Below, one piece after another: positions 56,101 to 64,000 of a stretch of 64,000 nucleotides of DNA. Location: NCBI GenBank assembly GCA_965223845.1, contig CBDCXR010000004.1:5056001-5120000 (forward strand). The letters are read 5' to 3'. The stretch comes from Planctomycetota bacterium (GTDB lineage: Bacteria > Planctomycetota > UBA8108 > SXIK01). How positions within the stretch are numbered: position 1 is the first letter of the stretch; every line of letters starts with the position of its first letter. Both the position numbers and the translations under genes were made by a program. The notes beneath the pieces were generated by a model, which had not been told where the DNA came from, did not search any database, and saw only the letters and a program-made list of their open reading frames with translations.

Positions 56101-59100
56101 GGGCGATGCGCTCCTCAAAATCGATGTCTCCCAGGCGAACGCACCGATCGTTGCAAGTGCACCGCCCGCCGATTTCCGCGCGGGTTCGCAGATTTTTCTC
56201 GACCCGAGAGAGACCGTTCTCTCGCTTCCGAGCGGTGCGATCTTCGACGCCGATACGCTCGAGCCGGCGGCGCGGATCGGCGCTGGGATTCCCGCGTACG
56301 ACGAAGACGTCATCTACGTCGCGGCGGCACCGAATCGACTCGAGATCTATGATCGGGCGACATTCCTCCGCGTCGACACGATGACACTCCCCTGCGTGTT
56401 CCAGTCGGCGGGCCAAACCGTCCTCGTCCCGGACGGCCGCGGGTGGATCGTCGTCGGCGAAGACATCGCGTGCGGATACTTCACTGCGCTCGAGTGCGAT
56501 GGCCCTCCTCCGGAGACGCTCATGGAGCCCTCGCCGGAATCCGAAGCGGAAATCGAAGGTGCCGGAGTCGTCGCGTTGTCGTGGACGCACGCGCTCACCG
56601 ATTGTCCGAGTGAATACGGAGTCCTCGTCGGAACGGAGAGCCCGCCCACTGAGCTCCGCTGCGAGAACCTGCGGGAGACCCGCTGCTTCATCGACGACCT
56701 CGAACCCGGCGTCACGTACTACTGGCAGGTCGTCGCGACGAACCCAGAGGGCGAAACCCGTGGGCCCGTGTGGTCGTTCAGCACCATCGCGGTCGACCCG
56801 CGCACGATTCTCGACCTCGTCCTCGTTCTCGACAGCGTCGCTGCCGACCTCGAGCTCGATCCGGGACGGAGGCAGGCCTATGTAAGCGTGCCGGCGGCGC
56901 GAGAGATTCTCGTCGTCTCGACCGTCAGCTTCGCCGTCGTCGATCGCATCGAGTTACCCTTTCAACCGGCCGGCCTCGACCTCGCGACCAGCGGCGACGC
57001 GCTGTTTGCGGCCGTCGCCGACGCCGGTGCCGTCGCGAGGATCGATCTCGAAACCGGCGAATCGACCGAGTGGGACGTGGCGACGGAACTCGACGCGGAC
57101 GCCGCGTTCGACGTCATCGAAAGCGCCCCGGGTGAGCTCGTCGTCTCACCAGCCCCCGTCGGCCGCTCGGCTCGATTCGCGTGGGTCGACACGGCTTCCG
57201 GATCGACACGCACCGCCGCTTCCGCCCGCCTCGTTCGCTGCGGCGCCACGTTCACGATGGATCCGTCGGGAGAGTTCGCCTGGGCCGGCGAGTGCACGCA
57301 GCTCCACAAGCTCGATCTGACACAAGAGGGAGCTCCCGTCGCGGCGGACTCTCCGAGCCAAGCGATCGCGCCGGCCGACCGCATCGCAGTCAGTCCCGAC
57401 GGAGACCGCCTCTATCTCACGACGGGACAGGTGCTGCGGTCCGCCTCGTACCGACAAGCCGGACTGGTAGCTCCGGGAGTCGTTGCCGTCGCGCCGGAGG
57501 GAGACGCGGTCTACGTGGCTGAGACGCCGGCGACGATCGGCATCTACGACGCGAAGTTGCTCGTCCGCGTGGGAGAGATCTCACTCCCGTGTGAGTTTCG
57601 GCGGATCGAGCGAGTCGCGGCGCTTCCTGGAGAACGCGGGTGGATCGTTCTCGGCGATGATCTTCTCTGCGGAGTCGTCAGGCAGAATTCTTGTGCGGAC
57701 GCACCGCCGGCGAGCGCCCCGGTCGTCCCCGCGGACGGCGGCGCGCTCGCGCTGCCATCGGCGAACGGACTCGAGTGGCGCAATCCGGGTGCTGGTTGTC
57801 CGACGGATTTCGACGTGTACCTCGACACTGTCGATCCGCCCGAGACGCTCCTCTGCGAGAACATCGCCGAACCGACATGCGACCCAGGCGAACTCGCGAT
57901 CGATACGACGTATTACTGGCGCGTCGTCGCGCGAAACGACTCCGGCGAGACGGCGAGCCCAGTCTGGTCGTTTACGACGCGTGAGGGCGTCGAGCCCGTT
58001 TTCTCCACCGTCGATATCGAGCTCGACGCCGTCGCGAGCGACCTCGCGTACTGTCCGATGCGTCATGCCGCGTTCGTCTCTACGCCATCGACGAACGAAG
58101 TCGTGATGATCTCGCTTGCCAGTCAGCAGATCGTCGATCGCTTCCACGTCGGTTCGGCACCCGCGAACATCGATTTGAGCAGCGACGGGACGCGACTCTT
58201 CGCGGCCCTCTCCCGTGCGGGGGCCATTGCGATCCTCGACATCGATTCGGGCAACGTCTCGGAAATCGAAGTCGCCGACGTCCTCGGCGACTCACGCGTT
58301 TTCGACGTCGCAGAAGCCGTTCCCGATCGCGTGTTCGTCTCGGCCGCGCCCGGCAGCAACGGGACGTCGACAATCGGCATCGTACGGCTCGACCGCGCCA
58401 ACGAAGTCGTACAAGCAGCGGGCGGGAGGATCATTCGCTGCTCCCCCACCTTCGCGAAGGATCCTCATCGGCGCTCTCTCTACGTCGGCGAGTGTTTCAG
58501 TCCGAACTCGCTCTACAAGCTCGACGTCACCCAGGACACCGCGCCGATCGTGCTCGAAGATCGCCACGGAAGCGTGTCCGGCACTTCGCATCTCGCCGTG
58601 AGTCCCGACGGCTCGCGCGTCTATCTCGCCGGAGGGCAGGTCGTTCGCAGTGGCTCGTTCAATACGGACGGCCGCGTCGGCGCGGGGATCCACGCGTTCG
58701 GCGAGAGCGGTCGAACCGTTTACATCGCTCGCGCGCCCGGTGTCGTCGACCTCTACGATACGGCGACGTACGAAAAAACGGGCGAGTTCGATCTGCCGTG
58801 CACGGTCGAACGCGTCCAGCGCTTTATCGTGCTTCCGAGCGGGAGCGGCTGGCTCGCACTCGCAGACGACCTGGTCTGCGGTCTTCTCCTCGAAACCGAG
58901 TGTACCGAGAGCCCGAGCCCTCCGGCCAAACCGGTCCCCGCGAGCGGCGAGACAGTGGCGGATTCGAGCGGCGTCGTCGCTCGGTGGGAATCAGGTGATC
59001 CGACCTGCGTCACAACGTTCGACGTCCTTCTCGGGACGGAGGATCCTCCGACGGAAGTCGTGTGCGAGAACATACGCGAATCTCGCTGCCGGTTCGATTC

Positions 59101-61666
59101 GATCGTTCCGGATACGCGGTATTTCTGGCGCGCCATCGCGCGAAACAGTCAAGGCGAGACGGCGGGGCCAGTCTGGTCGTTCCGCACTCCGGCGGAAGTC
59201 ATCGACGAATCGATCAATCTCCACTACGACGTCGGCTCCGGCGCGGGCGACCTCGAGTACGACGAGCCGCGGAACGTCGTCTACCTCAGTGTTCCGCAGG
59301 ACGGAGAAGTCCTCGTTCTCGAAGTCGGGACGCTCCGAATTACCGAACGCTTCGACGTTGGACGCGCCCCCCGTGCGCTCGCGCTTTCGATCGATGGCTC
59401 GACGCTCTTCGTCGGTCTCTCGAGTCCACCGACGGTCGTCGCCATCGACCTCGAAACTCGGGAAGCGAGCCCGATCGACGTCAGCGACGTGGTGGAGGAT
59501 CGTGTCACCGACGTCCTCGAAGCGAGACCCGGGGAGTTGTTCGTCGCAGGGACCGGAATCGCCCGTGTACGCCTCGACGAAGGAAACACCGTCGAGGCGA
59601 CCGCGGCCGGGCGGTTCATCCGATGCAGCCCCGTGCTCAAAGTGAGCCCGGACCGCGACTTCCTCTACATCGGCGAGTGCTTCAGTCCGAACTCCCTCTA
59701 CAAGGTCGATCTCAACGCCGAGGGGGCGCCGATCGTGCTCGAGGATCGTCACGGCTCGGTGAGTGGCACGGATCAACTCGCCGTGAGCCCGGACGGTCGA
59801 CGCATCTACCTGACGAGCGGTCAGGTGCTCCGCACGTCATCGTTCAACGAAGCCGGTCGCATCGGATCGGGGATTCACGAGTTCGGCTCAACGGACGAGA
59901 TCGTCTACGCGGCCAGGCCGCCCGGAACGATCGACTTCTATGACACGAGCACCTTCCTCCGAGTCGGCGGAATCGACCTCGAGTGCGAGCTGAGCGTCGT
60001 TCGGCGTCTCGTCATTCTTCCCGATAGTCGCGGTTGGATTCTCCTCGGCGACGAGCGGGTGTGCGCACGCCTTTCGCGGCCGGAGTGCGCCGGCCTGCCG
60101 ATCGATCCGAGCGATCCGAGCCCGAGCGCCGGAGCGGACGGCATTCGCGCGACGCGCGCGATGCTCTCGTGGAACAGTCCGAGCTCCGGTTGTCCGCAGA
60201 CGTTCGAAGTGCGGTTCGGGACGTCGAACCCGCCGGCGGAAGTTCTGTGCCGCGAACTGACCGACGCGAGATGTGCTGTCGATGACCTCGCGCCCGACAC
60301 CGAGTACTTCTGGCAGGTCGTCGGGCGAAATGCCGAAGGAGAGACGGTCGGTCCCGTCTGGTCGTTCCGGACGGATCTCTGCGGAACTCCGCCACTCGAA
60401 GAGGTGAACGTGGCGCTCGGCGCCGACGGGCACGACCTCGAGTACGATCGAACGGGCGGGACCATCTACGTGAGTCTTCCGTCACGAGACGAAGTCGCGA
60501 TCGTTTCTGCGCGCACGCTGGAAGTCGTCGACCGGATCGAGGTCGGCCCGGAGCCGCGCGGGATCGATCTCGCGAGCGACGGAGAGACACTCTACGTCGC
60601 GAACAACGGTGAGCGGACGATTTCGATTGTCGATCTCGCGACGGGCGACGCGGAAAAGATCGATCTCGACGAGTCACTCGGCGACGGTGGCGCGTTCGAC
60701 ATCGCAGAGGGCGCGCCGGGTGTCCTCTTCGTCTCGGCGAATCCAGGTTCAACCGGTCTCGCGTACATCGTCAAGGTCGATCTAAATAGCGACGGTGATC
60801 CGGTGCGAGTCGCCGGGAATCGCATCGTCCGCTGTGATCCCGTGCTCGAAGTCGATCCCGCGCGGCGGTTTCTCTACATCGGAGAGTGCTTCAGCCCGAA
60901 CTCACTCCTCAAGCTGGATCTCGAGGATCCCGAGGTTCGCGTGATCGCCGAGGACGATCACGGGGAGGTGAGTGGCACCGGACGGATCGCCATCAGCCCG
61001 GATGGATCACAAATCATCATCGGCTCAGGACAGGTGCTCGCGACGCGATCCATGCGCGAAATCGGCCGCGTGGCTCGCGGGGTCCACACGTTCGGCGACT
61101 TCGCCGGCGAAATCGTCGCCGGGTCGGCGGAATCGGGTCGCATCGAATTCTACGATCGCGAGAGCTTCGAAAGGCTCGATCGAGTCCCCTTCCCCTGTGC
61201 TCTCGACCGCGCGCGGCGTCTCATCGCACTTCCGGGCGACGACGGGTGGCTCGCGCTCGAAGGAGATCGCCTCTGCGGACTCGCCGCGGCAGCACCGGTC
61301 GATTGCAACGAAAACGGGATCCGGGACGACTGCGACATCGAACGAGGCGCGAGCACCGACCTCGACGAGAGCGGAATTCCCGATGAGTGCGAAGCGCCGC
61401 GCTTCATCCGTGGCGAGGCCGACGGCATGGACGGAGTATCGCTCGGCGATGCGATCGCGATCCTCGACTACCTCTTCTCGCACATGCGGCCGTTCGCGTG
61501 CGTCGCGGCCGCAGACGTGAACGATAGCGGGCGCGTCGACCTCATCGATCCGGTGACGATTCTGCACTATCTCTTTATGAGCGGACGCGAGCCGTGGGCG
61601 CCCTACCCCGATTGCGGCGAGGATCCGACGCCCGACACGCTCGCGTGTGAGACGGGTTGTGAGTGA
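53141..61666 (+). CDS. Giant secreted protein: 7 YVTN/YncE-like beta-propellers alternating with 6 FN3-like domains, a Ca-binding Asp/Cys motif and a C-terminal dockerin-like module
   Basis: Signal peptide ending LAA-Q; repeated D..RIYVSLP..E..VV....VVDR..VG..P.GIDLS.DG..LFVA; six YYWQV.ARN..G.T.GPVWSF.T; DCNENGIRDDCD..DESGIPDECE; FIRGEADG..AADVNDSGRVDLIDP..PYPDCGEDPT. Confidence 0.9.
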   Translation: MAVRFVAILVGFGFLSPIVPLAAQPVELTVELGEDGADLAYDAARDRIYVSLPGANEIAVVSLATLDVVDRIAVGSDPRGIGLSPDGARLFVALSGGRSVAVVDLETKIAEEVEIDPELLGGTAFDVAAPSGGQVFVSASGGFSWIVLVEIDEEGFPARRVASDFIIRCNPTFAEDPSGAALFVGECFSPNSLYKLDLPDADAPVVAEDDHGSVSGTQRAAVSPDGALVVIGSGQILSAETLLEVGRIAPGLPAFGDASDTVHMALPGGVVETYSIETEEKTGEVMLPCELPSVDRFVVLPSDSGMVVLSRDVLCGLVTPPECTEPPPAPTAPEPSVDAELDLFGRVELSWRNVGGTCPNSFDVRFGTENPSTELACTDLRGTFCSVTELERDTTYYWQVVVRNDLGATEGPVWSFTTSDFDASALSDVEVHLGARPTDTAFDAERRRIYLSLPNLNEVAVVSIDSWEVIDRFTFGASPQGIDLSADGSTLYVATSENVSVVLFDLETGGRAAVGLAPEIGNGGAYDVVEGAPRELYVSANPGSSGFAWIVKVDLDGGNSVTRVANETIIRCNPRLAVSPDRTNLYVGECFSPNSLYRLDLTQPDAPIVAEDSHGEVGGTSHLEISPDGERIFLSGGQVVRAGSVNPVGRVEGIYPRFGDRGDVVFGLSDPSSIAVFETRGFEEVHRFDIPCRVRDVRSFVVLPDSEGWLAVFDDRLCGVAPTIECTSPPPASASPQPPDGTEDALFGSTLLAWSNEGSSCPNEYDVLFGTANPPEDLFCTGLSESRCVVDDLTVGETYYWQVIARNASGETAGSIWSFTASPGPPDANFGVELDLLGLAGDSVLDSVRELVYVSLPERSEIAIVSLRAAAIVDRVPLGGGPRGLDLSADGSRLFVALSHTAAIAIVDTETREAEEIDISAAIGGTAFDVAVGMDGRVFVSGEGLGVVDPGAGNAVAPLGDHSEIACEPQLVASAHGPFLYVSGCSGGDALLKIDVSQANAPIVASAPPADFRAGSQIFLDPRETVLSLPSGAIFDADTLEPAARIGAGIPAYDEDVIYVAAAPNRLEIYDRATFLRVDTMTLPCVFQSAGQTVLVPDGRGWIVVGEDIACGYFTALECDGPPPETLMEPSPESEAEIEGAGVVALSWTHALTDCPSEYGVLVGTESPPTELRCENLRETRCFIDDLEPGVTYYWQVVATNPEGETRGPVWSFSTIAVDPRTILDLVLVLDSVAADLELDPGRRQAYVSVPAAREILVVSTVSFAVVDRIELPFQPAGLDLATSGDALFAAVADAGAVARIDLETGESTEWDVATELDADAAFDVIESAPGELVVSPAPVGRSARFAWVDTASGSTRTAASARLVRCGATFTMDPSGEFAWAGECTQLHKLDLTQEGAPVAADSPSQAIAPADRIAVSPDGDRLYLTTGQVLRSASYRQAGLVAPGVVAVAPEGDAVYVAETPATIGIYDAKLLVRVGEISLPCEFRRIERVAALPGERGWIVLGDDLLCGVVRQNSCADAPPASAPVVPADGGALALPSANGLEWRNPGAGCPTDFDVYLDTVDPPETLLCENIAEPTCDPGELAIDTTYYWRVVARNDSGETASPVWSFTTREGVEPVFSTVDIELDAVASDLAYCPMRHAAFVSTPSTNEVVMISLASQQIVDRFHVGSAPANIDLSSDGTRLFAALSRAGAIAILDIDSGNVSEIEVADVLGDSRVFDVAEAVPDRVFVSAAPGSNGTSTIGIVRLDRANEVVQAAGGRIIRCSPTFAKDPHRRSLYVGECFSPNSLYKLDVTQDTAPIVLEDRHGSVSGTSHLAVSPDGSRVYLAGGQVVRSGSFNTDGRVGAGIHAFGESGRTVYIARAPGVVDLYDTATYEKTGEFDLPCTVERVQRFIVLPSGSGWLALADDLVCGLLLETECTESPSPPAKPVPASGETVADSSGVVARWESGDPTCVTTFDVLLGTEDPPTEVVCENIRESRCRFDSIVPDTRYFWRAIARNSQGETAGPVWSFRTPAEVIDESINLHYDVGSGAGDLEYDEPRNVVYLSVPQDGEVLVLEVGTLRITERFDVGRAPRALALSIDGSTLFVGLSSPPTVVAIDLETREASPIDVSDVVEDRVTDVLEARPGELFVAGTGIARVRLDEGNTVEATAAGRFIRCSPVLKVSPDRDFLYIGECFSPNSLYKVDLNAEGAPIVLEDRHGSVSGTDQLAVSPDGRRIYLTSGQVLRTSSFNEAGRIGSGIHEFGSTDEIVYAARPPGTIDFYDTSTFLRVGGIDLECELSVVRRLVILPDSRGWILLGDERVCARLSRPECAGLPIDPSDPSPSAGADGIRATRAMLSWNSPSSGCPQTFEVRFGTSNPPAEVLCRELTDARCAVDDLAPDTEYFWQVVGRNAEGETVGPVWSFRTDLCGTPPLEEVNVALGADGHDLEYDRTGGTIYVSLPSRDEVAIVSARTLEVVDRIEVGPEPRGIDLASDGETLYVANNGERTISIVDLATGDAEKIDLDESLGDGGAFDIAEGAPGVLFVSANPGSTGLAYIVKVDLNSDGDPVRVAGNRIVRCDPVLEVDPARRFLYIGECFSPNSLLKLDLEDPEVRVIAEDDHGEVSGTGRIAISPDGSQIIIGSGQVLATRSMREIGRVARGVHTFGDFAGEIVAGSAESGRIEFYDRESFERLDRVPFPCALDRARRLIALPGDDGWLALEGDRLCGLAAAAPVDCNENGIRDDCDIERGASTDLDESGIPDECEAPRFIRGEADGMDGVSLGDAIAILDYLFSHMRPFACVAAADVNDSGRVDLIDPVTILHYLFMSGREPWAPYPDCGEDPTPDTLACETGCE
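53210..61300 (+). repeat. Diverged intragenic tandem repeat, period about 1.2 kb (about 400 aa), 6 full units plus a seventh propeller
   Basis: The WSF-encoding motif TGGTCGTT recurs near 54380, 55589, 56771, 57965, 59174 and 60359. Confidence 0.9.
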
Positions 61667-61783
61667 GAGGCATCTCGCGCCAATTCTGCTCCGAGCCGGG
61701 CGACCCGAAGGACATCGAAGACCCTGAGCGCGCAGTCGACAATCGCCCCTCCAGCTCGCCGCCCGCGAAACCGGCGCTCGGAA

Positions 61784-64000
61784 CTATTCCCGGCGTGTGC
61801 GGTCGAGAAGCGCGCGGGCCTCCTCGGCCAGAGTTCGAATCACGGGGCGTTCCTCGCTCGCGACGACCCCGGTCTCCGCGATCTTGAGAAGCGCTGGAAC
61901 GCGGCTCGCCGCCCGCGAGGGCTCATCTGTCGTCGCGCTCGCCACCGCGAGGACCGCAGCCTCCATGGCCGAGAGCTTTTTGGTCGCCTCCGAGTTCTCG
62001 AGATCAGAGAGCGCGTCGCGATGTGCCTCGAGGAGCGGTTCCCGTTTTCTCGCGCGCAAGAGCGCTAGCGCGCGAGCACGGCGCAGTCCTCGGTGTCTCT
62101 CGGGCTCGTCGAGGGCTTCTGCCGCTTTCGAGAGTAACTCGAGGGCTTCGTTGGCAACCGCTGGAGTCGCGTCATCGGGATCCATCGGAGAGACTAGGAT
62201 CCACGCGAGGGCGATGCGGCACCCCGCGTCGTAGAGACCGCGCTCGACTCTCTGAAGCGCCAGACGAGCCGCATCGACGGCTTCGCGTTGGCGGCCGTGG
62301 TCACGAAGGACGATGGACAGCGAAAGAAGCGGCGCGATCCATTCGGGGCGCAAGGATCGCGCCTTCTCGATTGACCCGAGCGCCGCGCCCTCGTCACCGA
62401 GCCCGTAGTGGGCTTGCGCCGACCAATAGTGAAAGTCGGCGACGTCCGCGAACTCCGGCGCCAACGGCCGCAGAGCGTCGAGAGCTTCGCCGAACTTTCT
62501 CGTGAGCGTGAGCTCGCGTGCCCGCTTTATGCGCGGATCAAGTACACCTAGCCGTACGACCAGTCGAAACGACTCTTCGGGCTCGCGCTCGGCTGGAGTC
62601 GAAGTCGGCGGACCCGACCAATCGAGATGTAGATCGCTCAGCTCGGCTCGCAGCCGCGAAATGTCCCAGACCCGCGTCATGCTGGGCGACTTGGAGGGAA
62701 CGGCGAGCAGTCCTTGCGACAGCGACAACGCGTCGTCGAAGAACGTCTCGTGACGCGATGGTGGCGAGACCCGCATTCGCAGCTCGAGCGACGGAAACTC
62801 GAGCAGACGAATGTCGAGATTCGAGAAACTGTAGGCGACCGAGCGCCCGTCGGCGCTGAACACGACTCGACCCGGCGTGTGCACGCCCCGGTCGCGCGGC
62901 GCCGCCCCGACGCGGCGCCACGAGCCGACCTCGTATACGGCCAGCTCAGCGCTTACGACGGCGAGATGCTGACCGTCCGGAGAGAACCGAACCTGAGAAC
63001 GCGGAAGATGGACCGGAACTTCGATGACCGGCTCTCCCGTCGTCGCATTCCAGATGCGCATGTTGGAGTTCGCGTATTCCCCACCAGCAATCCACCGGTG
63101 ATCAGGGCTCAAGACCGGGTTCTCGACCCATTCGCTCGAAGCGACCGGCACGGCTCGCGTCGACTCGGGTCGGTCGATGGGAACGATGTGAAATCGCTCG
63201 TCCCCATGAATCACCACCGTGCGCGAGCTCAGGTCGACGAGGGATTCGACATTCGCGCGAAGAAGGATCTTCGGCGGACCGATCCTAAGTGTACGTTGCG
63301 TCTTGGCTGCGCCTTCGGAAGCGTCGATCGACTCGCGCCAGGGCCACTGGATGATCCCGAGCTCGCCGCACGTAATCAGAGAGCTCGTTTTCGCGTCGAA
63401 GGCCAAACTCAAGACATGACCCGCGACGACATCACCCACGTGTCGGCTACGAGTTCGATCCCAGAGCTCGAGCGCGGTGCCGCCTTGAATGACGAGCCAA
63501 CGTCCCTCCGGGTCAGCCGTTGCGCCGCGCGAGAGCACCGCGTCGTTGCGACTACGATATCCTCGAAATGCGCCGGATCCGCGAAACGTGTAGAAATCGA
63601 TGCCTCCCCGGCGACGCACTGCCAATGTAGGCCCATCTGAAATCACACTCTCGAGCTCTCCGGGAATGCGGGCGATGGTCTCGGTCGAACTGAAGTCCCA
63701 GACTCGGACAAAACCATCCCAAGAATCGGCGGCGGCAATCCCCCCGCCGGCCGAGACTCGCATCACGGGACTTCCCGGGTCGGCTAGCCGAACTGGATCC
63801 TCGTCGTTGTCCAAGCTGACTCGGTGGAGCTCGGTGTCGACAAAAGCCAGCAGGTCGTCCCCCGAGGAGTTCCAAACCAGCTGCGACTTTCGATGGGACA
63901 AGGGACGACTGTGGACTCGCTCGAGCACGACTTGCGCATCAGCGCTTGAGTAACGAAACACGTCGACGGCTCGCTCCTCACGCCGAGAGAAAGCGAGAAA
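61784..64000 (-). CDS. WD40-repeat plus TPR protein, 3' part (5' end beyond the window; possibly the C-terminus of a Ser/Thr kinase)
   Basis: The frame stays open to the window end (FLAFSRREERAVD precedes the GTG at 63961); WD40 motifs VRVWD, LELWD, LSPDHRWIA, FSPDGQHLA, FSADGRSVA; C-terminal TPR helices. The kinase part is inferred from common planctomycete architecture only. Confidence 0.8.
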   Translation of the reverse strand, partial: FLAFSRREERAVDVFRYSSADAQVVLERVHSRPLSHRKSQLVWNSSGDDLLAFVDTELHRVSLDNDEDPVRLADPGSPVMRVSAGGGIAAADSWDGFVRVWDFSSTETIARIPGELESVISDGPTLAVRRRGGIDFYTFRGSGAFRGYRSRNDAVLSRGATADPEGRWLVIQGGTALELWDRTRSRHVGDVVAGHVLSLAFDAKTSSLITCGELGIIQWPWRESIDASEGAAKTQRTLRIGPPKILLRANVESLVDLSSRTVVIHGDERFHIVPIDRPESTRAVPVASSEWVENPVLSPDHRWIAGGEYANSNMRIWNATTGEPVIEVPVHLPRSQVRFSPDGQHLAVVSAELAVYEVGSWRRVGAAPRDRGVHTPGRVVFSADGRSVAYSFSNLDIRLLEFPSLELRMRVSPPSRHETFFDDALSLSQGLLAVPSKSPSMTRVWDISRLRAELSDLHLDWSGPPTSTPAEREPEESFRLVVRLGVLDPRIKRARELTLTRKFGEALDALRPLAPEFADVADFHYWSAQAHYGLGDEGAALGSIEKARSLRPEWIAPLLSLSIVLRDHGRQREAVDAARLALQRVERGLYDAGCRIALAWILVSPMDPDDATPAVANEALELLSKAAEALDEPERHRGLRRARALALLRARKREPLLEAHRDALSDLENSEATKKLSAMEAAVLAVASATTDEPSRAASRVPALLKIAETGVVASEERPVIRTLAEEARALLDRTRRE

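Noticed and set aside
53210-61300. The 1.2-kb periodic repeats as a CRISPR array, mobile element or assembly duplication
   Set aside because: The units are in frame, strongly diverged in DNA and conserved only at the protein-motif level.

Overview
High-GC bacterial chromosomal window, most likely from a Planctomycetota lineage (DUF1549/DUF1553-DUF1501-PPC cluster, ThuA, DUF1080, WD40-TPR protein, Cys-containing dockerin-like tags). About 33 protein-coding genes; no rRNA, tRNA, CRISPR or transposase recognised. The left part holds housekeeping and metabolic genes (ffh-rpsP-trmD, NhaC, AAA ATPase/VWA pair, ADH, SDR, HAD) and a complete exbB-exbD-tonB-receptor operon. Highlights: (1) a single 1400-aa ORF fusing an intact topoisomerase III to an intact RecQ helicase (RQC, HRDC); (2) a 19-kb cluster of three secreted proteins that all carry a dockerin-like module (a 2773-aa RHS/YD protein with degenerate autoprotease motifs and no toxin or immunity gene, a double L-type-lectin protein, and a 2841-aa protein of 7 beta-propellers and 6 FN3-like domains), plus a fourth dockerin protein with a hydrazine-synthase-alpha-like haem domain; (3) a 4-hydroxybutyryl-CoA dehydratase that resembles the thaumarchaeal type; (4) a PfkA-fold protein lacking the catalytic residues; (5) a consensus sigma54 promoter with an IHF site and no convincing gene downstream. 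All family assignments come from reading motifs by eye; no searches were run.
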